A stretch of 61,756 nt of DNA, the filler included, from Choristocarpus tenellus KU-1152 (taxonomy: Eukaryota; Protista; Phaeophyceae), in the NCBI GenBank assembly GCA_964200185.2. It is 11 parts of 11 records of this genome, joined end to end, with 100 filler letters (N's around TTAATTAATTAA, not from the genome) between each part and the next. Parts side by side here need not be neighbours in the genome. Positions count along the whole stretch, not along the records: positions 35,056 to 38,078 come from CAXNAD020022864.1; positions 38,179 to 42,018 come from CAXNAD020017630.1; positions 42,119 to 52,398 come from CAXNAD020003019.1; 8 more parts are not named here. One strand, written 5' to 3'. The translations under genes and the position numbers were made by a program. Every line of letters starts with the position of its first letter. Position 1 is the first letter of the stretch. The notes beneath the pieces are model-generated. The model was not told the origin of the DNA and did no database searches. It saw only the letters and a list, made by a program, of their open reading frames with translations. Shown in pieces: positions 35,056-45,627 of this stretch.

Positions 35056-36657
35056 CACCCCAGTACATGCGCCTGCACTGGCAGAGGCCCCTCTACCCTG
35101 CCCCGTACCGATGTTCTCCTTATCGTAATCTTCCTCGTTGTCCTTGTCTTCCTTCTGCTGCTCCTCGTCCTCCTCCTCCTCTTCATCTTCCTCCTCGTCC
35201 TCTTCCTTGTCATCGCCGGTGTTGTCTTCCCTTTCGTCGCCATTCTCCCCCCCCCTCTCCTCTCCTCGTCCCTTCAATGTAGTGTTCCGTCCCTCTCTCA
35301 CAAAACCCCCCTTTCCCTCGCCTCAATAGCAGACCGTAGAACTGTCAAGACCTTGGTAGGAATCTTCTTGCCGTTCCCAACAAGTTTATCGCAAGTCCAA
35401 ACAATACCCGCCACGGGTTCCCAGCTAACGTCCTTAACTCGCTTCTGTTTCCCACCTCGCCCGGATCTATCACCAGCGTGCACCCAGCCTTCCACAAAAG
35501 TACTTTTGCCATATTACTCAAGGGTTAGGGTCGCGGCGTTGTCACGTGTGTGATCACTGGTCGGTCGAAGCCAGTGAATATCCACCCCACGCTCCCCATC
35601 CTCGCCGACGCGCTCCACTAGGATCTTGCCGACCAAGAGCGGCACCTCCGTTGTCACAAGAAAGGCAAACCTGCCTTCCTGCACTGAGACTAGGTTTCCA
35701 TGGTTCCCCGAAGTCAACGTAGTACGAAGCCAACCCCGCCGACGGGAGCCAGGTTCTTCCTTGTCACTGTCCGATGAGGAAGAGTGTGTTTCCTCGAGCC
35801 CGCCGAGATCATTGTCACTATCAACGAGATTATCCCCCCCACCCGAAAGTTCGCCCTGGTCGTTGTCTTCGACGTCGCTGGTGCTAGTTCCAGCGCTATC
35901 GTCATCGGTGGGAAGCCAATGGACTAGGAGGTCGAAATCTCGTTCCCCTGTCTTTTGGAGAAGTCGCACAGACTCGCTTTGCTCGTGTTTCGCTCTCTGA
36001 ACGGCTTCATCGTCTGCAAAGGTGGAATACATGAGCACGAGGACATCAACGGTATGGACGTATGAATGTTACTTTGTAACCAGGAGTGAGGTTTCACGAA
36101 TGCGCTCGGGGAGCATCCGGTGAGAGGGATGGTGTATATTTCGTCGGAATTGTCTCTGTTGAGTACAAGACCGGTACCCTCAAACATTTATGGGGAGTAA
36201 TCTATGGTAATTTTTATTGTAACATGCGACGATCACTACACATGATAATGCAATATTTTTCAAGATTTCTTTTCTAAAGGCTGCAAATGCTGCCTCGTAC
36301 AAAACTTGCACCTGATTTTTTTGGCTGCCACCGAATACCAAAATTAGCTATCAACTCCCCTCACAAAAAAATCGACTTACCCAGTGGGTACGCAGCAGGG
36401 AGGCGCTCGTGCAACGCCTGGTACCGCTGCTCCACCTTCAGGATGACGTCTTTGGGAACGCTCTTGAGCTGGTACGGTGGTGCATCTTGGATACGAGGCG
36501 GGTGGCCGATGAAGAGGTCGTGCGGAGGGGCGTTGGGGTCCATAGCAAGGCCTCCGCCTATCCAAATCCATTCTGTGTTGTGCAAGTATCCCTCTTCCGG
36601 CACGGGTGGAAAGGGGGAAGGTCGCAATGTATGGAGTGGAGGTAGTGATTCTGCCAT
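35056..36657 (-). pseudogene. Decayed, spliced, multi-copy gene of unknown function (probably transposon-borne), acidic C-terminus
   Basis: Exon 36657-36381 with GTAAGT donor; the second exon has in-frame stops (about 36188 and 35514) and a frameshift near 36040; 35774-35872 recurs at 41920-42018. Confidence 0.6.
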
Positions 36658-37582
36658 GGAAGAGGAGGATGAGGAGGAAGAAGAAGATGGGTTAGGGTAT
36701 GACACAGAGAAGGATGAAGGGGCTGACGAATAGGAGTAAGAAGATAATCGGGACGGCGGGCGGGTAGGAGGGAGGGAGGGGGGGTGAGAGGTGTGTGGGC
36801 GCACACGTTGACAAAGTAATGATTGACCAACGGCAAACAGAGGATACAAGAGTGTTTTTTGTTGATGATGTTTCGTTCGTCCAGTACTTAGTTCAAGCAG
36901 GTTGTTCGTGTGTCTCTTTAATTCCCGGTAACATACTTACGAGAGTCTAAGACAATTATTGCTTCGGGTGACATGCAGAACTTCTTGCGGCGGCAGGGGG
37001 AGGAGGGGTACAACGAATGAGCAACAAAATTAAAAACCTGATGTTTTCTTTATTTTATGTGATGCAATATTTTTTTCTATATTTTAGCCCTGGGCTGTTG
37101 TGGCCTTATTCTTCCCCTCCCTGTTATTCTCTTGCTATATATTACAAGTCCAACAGCTTGCACGAGAAAATAGATAAGTGCAGATCGGCGTATCGGACAG
37201 ACAGGGTGGAGTGCATGACTGAGATATTCGTACAAAGAGGTCGATCATCATAATATGATGACATTATTACTTATATGCACTCAATGTTAGCTTCTTCTAC
37301 CTGGCGACGATAACAATAATTGATAGAAATCTAATAATATGGGAAAATAACACTTCTTCTTCTTCTCTTCTTCTTCTTATCGGTCAAACTTGCATAATGA
37401 CGATGAAACGCCGCCCCTAAAGAAACTACTTCGAAGTACTACTTTTTTCTATCGCATCCACCATCAACAGTAAAACGACTACACCGACCGCACTAATTAT
37501 TCAAGCAAACAAGCCAACACAGGGCATATCTTTGCATGACGATTAAACGAAATCATTGCCGCCCCCCACACACTGTACTACT

Positions 37583-38039
37583 GAGTCAAAGTATCTTAGA
37601 GTGTAGAGCCGTGTCCATTCGGTCAAAATCCGATGTTGCAATTTTGATGTGATTTTTTGGCTATCGTATTAGCTAGGAAGTGTCAATATTTGATTATGCC
37701 TTCTGACATTTTGCAGATGTATCGGGGGGGGGAAACCAATGAAAACTATATATATGTCGTCGTTATTAGCCCTAAAGAAATATCCTAAAGTATTTTATTA
37801 TTATGCCCTCTGACATTTTGCAGATGTGTCAGGGAGGAAACCAATGAAAACCAATGATTACTTCACCACTATCCTAAGGTATCAATATCCTTGTTCTGAA
37901 AACACCATGTCGTAAAGTATAGATTTTATCTACTTTGTAACGTTTTGGAGTAGGAAATACAATTTAAAAAAAACATGATAAGCTAAGCCCCAAATGGACA
38001 AACAGGGCAAAACTCGTGCCCTCTAAGATACTTTCACTC
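37583..38039. mobile_element. MITE/non-autonomous DNA transposon (457 bp), GAG-ended TIRs, 4-bp TSD TACT
   Basis: TACT|GAGTCAAAGTATCTTAGAG...CTCTAAGATACTTTCACTC|TACT; internal duplicated module of about 60 bp. Confidence 0.88.
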
Positions 38040-38921
38040 TACTACCACCTTCGGCACGGATTCCCATTCAAAAAGGGGNNNNNNNNNNNNNNNNNNNNNN
38101 NNNNNNNNNNNNNNNNNNNNNNTTAATTAATTAANNNNNNNNNNNNNNNNNNNNNNNNNNNNNNNNNNNNNNNNNNNNTTTTTGTTTTTTTTTTTTTTTT
38201 TGGGTTTTGTGGGGGTTGGTTTTGTGGGGGGGGGGGGGGGGGTGTGGGGGAACAACAGACCCATTCTTGCTCACGTCAAAGTTCGATTTTGGGGAAAGTT
38301 GTCATCTCGTGACTGCTGCAACCTTTCCCCTTCTATATGATGCCGTTTCAGTATGCTAGCAGTGCTCTGTTGATTGTGGGTTGAAAGGTGCATCCCCAAC
38401 AATAGTCTTTTTGTGCTCAGTTTTTTATACTCTTGAGTAGTTTTAATTGGTGGGTATGGAGTTGGATCATTACCCCTATACAGGTTTGGAACATGCCACA
38501 ACTTGGTTGCCCTCCTACAGTGAACTGATGAGGTGTGGTGACCATGCTGCTTTGCATCTGAAACTATGTTGATGGGGTTGAGTATCTGCAATGTTTCAAT
38601 CGGCCATTTAGTATGCTCTGGGGTACTTTCAGGGGGTGGTTTGTGCTATGCCGGTTATACACCAGACCTGGAACTGCTACAATGATTGTCAATACACTTC
38701 AAATTCAGTTTGCCCCACACCTCCTCCCAACTCCTTAGTTGCCTACTTTCCTTATACTTGATTCTTCACCTTATCCTAACATGCTCTGTTCATCTGTGTT
38801 CAGAAAATGGATAGGGGAATCCTAGCCCTAATTGTAGAAAATGGTGTGCGTTTTGGACATATCTTGGCACCCTCGAAATGTAACTGTACCTACACCTCTG
38901 AATTTCTTTTTTGTGTTACAG

Positions 38922-39029
38922 CTTCAGAGGATGGAGTCTATTGCGGAAGTCCTTAAGGAATGGCAATTGCGTTATGATGAAGCGCCGTATGATGATGAAC
39001 CATTGTCGCCAACGTTGTCCCCCTCATGA
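38922..39029 (+). CDS. Candidate terminal exon of an unknown gene (LQRMESIAEVLKEWQLRYDEAPYDDEPLSPTLSPS*)
   Basis: Strong polypyrimidine tract with TTACAG acceptor; open to TGA. Confidence 0.4.
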   Translation, partial: LQRMESIAEVLKEWQLRYDEAPYDDEPLSPTLSPS

Positions 39030-41919
39030 TCACTGGTCCGGGGGATGTGCTTGTCGCTCGCTACTTCATATTTTTTTGCATTTTAGGAAGAGAGGGAGGG
39101 GGGGGAGGGGGCGGGAGGAGGAGGAGGAGACTTGATGGGTCAATTGTTGCCTTTTGTTCTTGTATTGGTGTATTCGAGAAAACAATGTATTATTTGGTGC
39201 TGATCAACAAATGACTGGGTTGGTTTGATAGAACCTGGTCTTAACTATTGGAAAGAGGGAGACTTGACTCTCTTGCAAGGTGCTTTCTGAGTCCCTTGCC
39301 TTTCTTTCCCGCCCTTGTTTGGAAGAGGGTAGGTAGAACCCCTACAGATTGCCACCCCTTGTCGAAATGTTCTTGTTGGGACTGTCTGTGTCTTGTCTTC
39401 GCACTCAAACGTACTCCCCTGGGTTAGGAGTGGACAGTGTTTTGTTGTGACCTCCTTGGTGATGAGGATGTTTTGTTGGGGGGTGCATAGGGGTCAGACA
39501 TTTGGCGGTAAACTAGTGTGTGTTCATTGTTTGTTACGATCTCGCTTGTCCTGCCCATATATTTTTTGTGTGTGTATATTTTTGTTAAACCAAGATATAG
39601 TGCAGGGAGATTATCAGAAGCTGTTGACATGTGTACTATGGTGTTTTGAAGAGAGGAGATGGGTGTGATCCTGCGATAAGACAACCAGGAAGATTAGACT
39701 GGGCATCATTGTTTGTTTGTCCAAGGATGGGAAATGGAAAAGGTTACGGCTGTATGCTTGCTGGTATTTATTTTAGCGAAGGAGGAATCGTTATTGCCTT
39801 CTACTGATGATTGGAGTTTTTTATTCATTCCGTAAAGTTATATTATCTCCTACTGTGACCATGTGAACACCCAACTTGAATGTGTGTATGGTATGTCAGG
39901 AGACACGCACAGAGACACACACACCCCTAGTGTCGCTTCTTGAGATAGTAATGTCGATGAGTTGACAAGCAAAGCCTATGCGTGGATTTTATTTTTTCAG
40001 TTCCAACACCACTACCTAACGCAACAGTACACAGTACCAGTAGCTTTTACTTGGGACTGAACTCGACTAGCGCCAACTTGAGCTTTTTCATCAAAGCTTT
40101 TCAAGGGGGTGGCGAGTGAGACAGATGTAGGAATGCCAGTACAATGCCCGGAAATATTGTTTGCTATACTACTATTTTTCCTTGCTTTTGTTTTGAATTA
40201 TGATTTGGAGTGAGAGGCTTAGATCAGATAAGAAGAGGGTGTTGAGAATATGGATGCCCCACTATCTTCATTCAATGTGCTTCACGACCAGGCAAGTAGC
40301 ATCATGGTTAGTGTGGGAAGGAGGGAGGGGTGTGGCCAAGTTCAAGTCGAGAACAATAAAATTAGATTTGGGGAACCTCTTTTCAGAGAGGTTGAATCAT
40401 ATGGATGTAGAACCGCCCTGGAGCCAGTCAGCTACAGCAAGGATGTTTGGTTCAAGTCTGTCAAGATGTGTATCATATTACTGTCCCTCTATAGTGATGT
40501 TTGCGACAGTCTTTGTATCTGCTGTGTTGAATGCACTTGTGTGTGTGTGTGTGTGTGTGTGTGAAGACGGGGGGATGATACAGATCATGTTTTCAGGTTG
40601 TCCTCAAGACAAGGAGCATTCCTGGGAAAGGGAATGATTGGGGCCTATTTTGAGGCTATGCGCTTGCAGTATGTTTTAATCGTCATTTTTGCTTGCCCAT
40701 CTTGTAGGTGTAAAGGCATGCGGCTTCCCCGCACTTTGGGTGCTTTCATTTTGACTAACAGGTGACTGCAACTTGACACTGGCCTGTGCAAGCATACACA
40801 CATCATAAACAATTTCACAAGCACTTTCTGTCATACAGACAGATGGAGAGTGTTCGGTTTTGCCAATGATGTATCTTTTTTTTAGTCCACACTTACTGTG
40901 CTCTGAGGTTGGGGCTCTTGACCCTTTCATTGCATGTGTGGTTTTTTGCAGTTTATCCAAATACATGAGCGAGCTCAATCAGTTGGGGGTCTTTGTCTTG
41001 GCACACATCAGGTAGGTCCCACATGAATAATAAGTTTAATCAAAACCATTTTCTCCCGAAACCACCCAACAGACTACTGAGCTCTGCCTGTTGTGGTGGC
41101 TGAGGACATAGAACGAAGTTTGTATGACTTTGTGTATGGTGTGAGAGAGATGATGATGGAAACAAATGAGGGGGAAGGTGTGTCACTATGGAGTTCTACT
41201 TCCTAACAGCAAAAGAGTAGGAGAAGGTGCTAATGATGATGTGGGAAGATCATGCCTGCCTATTAGTACGACAATAGGTTTATGGAAGTATTGATAATTA
41301 CTCTGCAAGTTGGCGCCCTCCCGCCTGGAAAGCAGACCTGAAGTGAATGCGTGATACACATGTTTTGGCCGATTTGCATTTGAAGTCTGTCAATATTTTG
41401 CAATTCATCCATATTTGAATGGGTGTTCTAAGTTTGACTTGAGAGTGCTTATTTCTCTGTCTACTGTTTGAAGCTTTCTGACGCAAAACCCAATAATATT
41501 CTACACATTGATCAGCATCCTTAAAATGCAACTTTGGTACTTTGGATCGGAACATGCACCACAAACATCTTCATATTCCAGCTCAACCAGCAGTCATGAT
41601 TAGAGATGTAGAGGATACCACTTCAGGTAGTAACAGGATTAAGTGGAATCTGGTGGTACTTATTATTATTATTATTCTGAGAAGAAGGCGGCAACATGTG
41701 TCTTGCTTAAATCCCTGATGGGGCTCTTGCTTCTCATGTCAAAGCTTGAACCTGGACTCTGCTTCGAGCTCTTCTTACTGTTATTTATGTAGAGCAGCAT
41801 CGAGATGCACAAAACCTCTAGTTGAGGTTAACGTCCAAAGGTCATGATGCCGTTGCATGTCACACTGGAGGACCAAGAATGTTGCTGTTGAACTTGAGTG
41901 ATACTTGAATCTCTTAATA

Positions 41920-42018
41920 ATGAGGAAGAGTGTGTTTCCTCGAGCCCGCCGAGATCATTGTCACTATCAACGAGATTATCCCCCCCACCCGAACGTTCGC
42001 CCTGGTCACTGTCTTCGA
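41920..42018. repeat. Second copy fragment of the 35774-35872 sequence
   Basis: Near-identical over about 99 bp; runs into the contig end. Confidence 0.9.
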
Positions 42019-42158
42019 NNNNNNNNNNNNNNNNNNNNNNNNNNNNNNNNNNNNNNNNNNNNTTAATTAATTAANNNNNNNNNNNNNNNNNNNNNNNNNN
42101 NNNNNNNNNNNNNNNNNNACAAAAAAAAAAATGTTATTGGCCCGGGGCGGGGGGGGGG

Positions 42159-42195
<37 letters not shown>

Positions 42196-42904
42196 CTGGG
42201 GAGAAGAAGGGAGATCTGCAGGCATGAAGGAGGGTAATGTCTGGGGTTAAGAGGAGAAGGGATGAACTTGAGAAAAATATCGGTAACAGTAATATAGGGT
42301 GAATGGATGCACCACCATGCATGTGTGGGAGAAGGGGGGTGTAGGGAGGGCAGCACTCACAATCTGGGAGGATGAGACGTTCAGAACAAGGGAGTCATGC
42401 TCACCGACAAAGACACAAGAAACGCACGGAAATGCACGGGATTGGACTTGATCACAACGAAAGCTCTTTTTTAAATCCTTTTTTTGCATTTGGACATGTC
42501 TTCACACTTGATCTAGTACATTTTCTGAACAACTCTATCCACGCATGTATTACTTTCTTTTTATGTTTCGCTGTAAGCAGGGCTCTCCTGCACAATGCAC
42601 AAATTCATACCTACACATTCAAACCATTAAAGCAGAACAAAGGGGCTCTGTTTGCTTCACCAATTCTGCAGCCTGTAACAATAGCAGCGTCTTTCGCACC
42701 CTTTCAAAAAAAAAAATCACACTATAATGGTCCTCTACTTTATCATGCTGTAGTGTGCTATCAAATAGTGATAGAAGAGTGCTCAGTGCATATCATTATT
42801 TCATCCAGTCTGACCTATCTTTCAAGATACTAGTGCTTCCTTGAATGTTTGGGGTCATCTCCTTCTCTAATACCAAACACGCACACGCACACACACACTC
42901 TCAC

Positions 42905-45235
42905 CATGACTCGGAAGAGGAGCCATCTGTAGCCCCATATGCAAACTAATGGTGGTGGTGCCTCAGCCTTGAAGCGGGAGAGACTCAACCATGGAACTAG
43001 AAAGATGGCCAAGAAGCCTGTCTCAAGCAGCTGACTCTCCCATCCTTTTTGTTTTCCAGTAGGCAAACATACAACAAACACCATCAAGCAAAGAGACCAA
43101 AAAATGTTGCATCCACTGCCACATAGGAGACGTTGTATCACAGTTCTGTATCGAGATTGCTTTGAGGTGTGAAATGGTCAGTGCTCATGGCTCTGGGGTC
43201 GGCACTGCTCTGCTAGAGTAAAGTGAAGACTTACGCACGGAACAAAGCTATCCAACAGTAGTTGTTGTGCAACAGAATAAACATACACACACCTCAGGAC
43301 ACAAGCAGGAATATTTATAGACATACACAGGATGAAGTGGTGTGGTGTGTGGAGTTCTTTGCACTGTTTGAGCACAACAAACTCTGCTGGTAAGTTCCGT
43401 GATATCATATTTTCTGAGCTCAAGTTCAAGTGTATTGTCAGGAATATGTTTATGTATGTATGTGGTAGGACTTTAAGGTGGGGCAATTACGTTTGTATCC
43501 TTGTAGCAAGATAAGTGTGATCATTTGTGGAACAAGCCATATAAAGATCACCAGCAACAAAACGCGAACAACTTCGGATTGCTTGAACTTCACAAAAAGA
43601 CCCTCAAAATTGCAGGGGGGACAGAGGTATAGGGTGAGCCTCTACATCTCACCGCCTGAAAGCTTCCCTCGTACCTGCATCCTGCTGTGGCACAGACAGC
43701 CAAACATCAACCCTAGTCATGCATAGCTCAGCTTGAAGAGGTCACGCCAAATATTCGAGAGTGACTCCTACATGTGATGTTGTACTGCAGTGGAGCAAAC
43801 AGCTCCATTCCATCACTGCACGGTACCCTAACTATCGCAGTACTTTTGTTTGCTTGCTCTCACCGAAAGAGTAAAACGCCTGTCCCACATTGACAATAGT
43901 GTGGTATAGCACCCACAGAAGAACCATGACAGGGAGGTTCGCAGCTCCCCGAGCCATGAGAAACCCTGACAGTCCCACCCCAACACCGGCGACAAAGTTG
44001 AGATTTCTGTCTGTGGCTGGTACAAACCAGAACAGTGTGGGCACCTGAGTGGCAACCAAATGAAAAGATATAAGGATGTTCAAGAGGGGCAGGAAATAGG
44101 AGGTTGAGATAAGGCTAGTTAGTTCGGGTGGAGTCTAGGGGAGAGGGGGATGAACGGTGCGTGTGCTGGAGGTGGTATGAGAAGGTGTGTGATGTAGATC
44201 GATGTGTTGGAGTGTGTATGTAAGAGAGAAGTCACAGGATTTTAAGCTGGGGTTGGACGTGGTGACCATTGGATACATTGTATCAGAGTAGAGTCCCCTT
44301 TGTGACTTCAAATCCTTGTGTTGTACCTGCAGCGACGGACCTCGTGCAATGAAGATGTTGAAGATCCTCAGTCAGATGCAACACTATAGTGGGGTGTGCG
44401 CACGCAATATATTAAATGTTCCCTAGTTATTGTGAGTATTCTTCACCCTCCCCATGGTATTTGTGGTCCTGTACTACAACAATTGTACCTAGGTAGGACT
44501 GCACATCATCTCTCCACTCATTTACCCTCTCACTGACAGTGCACGCCCCTCGTGCCATCATTTCCCTCTTCCATGCTCCCCTCGAGATCCTGGCTTATCT
44601 GCAGTCCACCTGCGAAACCCTTTGTCGCATAGTAAGCTTCTTACCACACAGGGGTAGAATTCGCAAGCGGTACCTTACTCTCACAATTGTGATGTTCATG
44701 GTATATTAAGATACGATAGAGTGGTCGGTCGGACAAGGTACACTTACCTTCGTCAAGATCCCTCACCTTTAGGAACCTTTCCCAGGGAGTGCTGCTGGCC
44801 AGTTGATTGCCCACACGGGAGAGGTATGTACGAGAAGGGAGAAGACCGTCCTCTCCAAGCTGCAGGTATCACGCAGATGAGATATCACAACAATTGTGGG
44901 CGAGTACCAGAGATAAAAGGATAGCATCGTAGGTGTATTGATACAAATTGTACAGATTTGGACTTGTGAGCTGTACGACGGGATTGAAAATATCGGGGAG
45001 AGGAGTGAGACAAGAGCTTAAAGCGGTTGAGGGGATCTTGTCCTGCGAGACTTCCTTACGAGGGAAAAGACGTAAGTATAAAACCCACCAGAGCCTCGTT
45101 GTCGTTCAGGGCGACCATAAACGCTACAAGGTATATAAATCCTAGACACCGCAGGAACACAATTCTTGTGAGCCAATAGCGACCAACTGCCGGATTGGCC
45201 GCTTGGTCTTCAGCGTGCTGCTGATCATGCGCCAT
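42905..45235 (-). CDS. LMF1: Lipase maturation factor family protein, exons 1-4 (45235-45089, 44859-44767, 44044-43864, 43044-42905); 3' part missing
   Basis: YWLTRIVFLRCLGFIYLVAF...LGEDGLLP...PTLFWF...LWVLYHTIVNVGQAFYSFGWESQLLETGFLAIFL...YRWLLFRVM; all junctions GT-AG and in phase. Confidence 0.93.
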
Positions 45236-45627
45236 CCAAGGGAAGTATCATCCAGTTTCTGGTGTGATCATAGGAAAAAGGGGGAAAAAGTTACAATGTT
45301 TTTTGTGGATTGATCGAACTTGGATACTTACTCTTTTTTTGGTGTAGATGATGAAATAACATACAATCGGATCGATTACGATAAGTTGGAATAATAATAA
45401 TTTTCTTGGGTAAGACCAACGCCCTAACCCCACAAGCAACCTTTTTTGCGAAACACGATTACACCACCTAACTAATCACAGGTAACTTGTGCGCTTGAAC
45501 TGAATGTTGGTCGCCTCACTATTACCTCATCGAAATACAGATTGAGGGCGGAAAAACTCTCCACATCGGACCGTGCAGCCTTGGTCCTGTAAACACAGTG
45601 AAAAATCAGTTCTTCTACGCTCATAGG

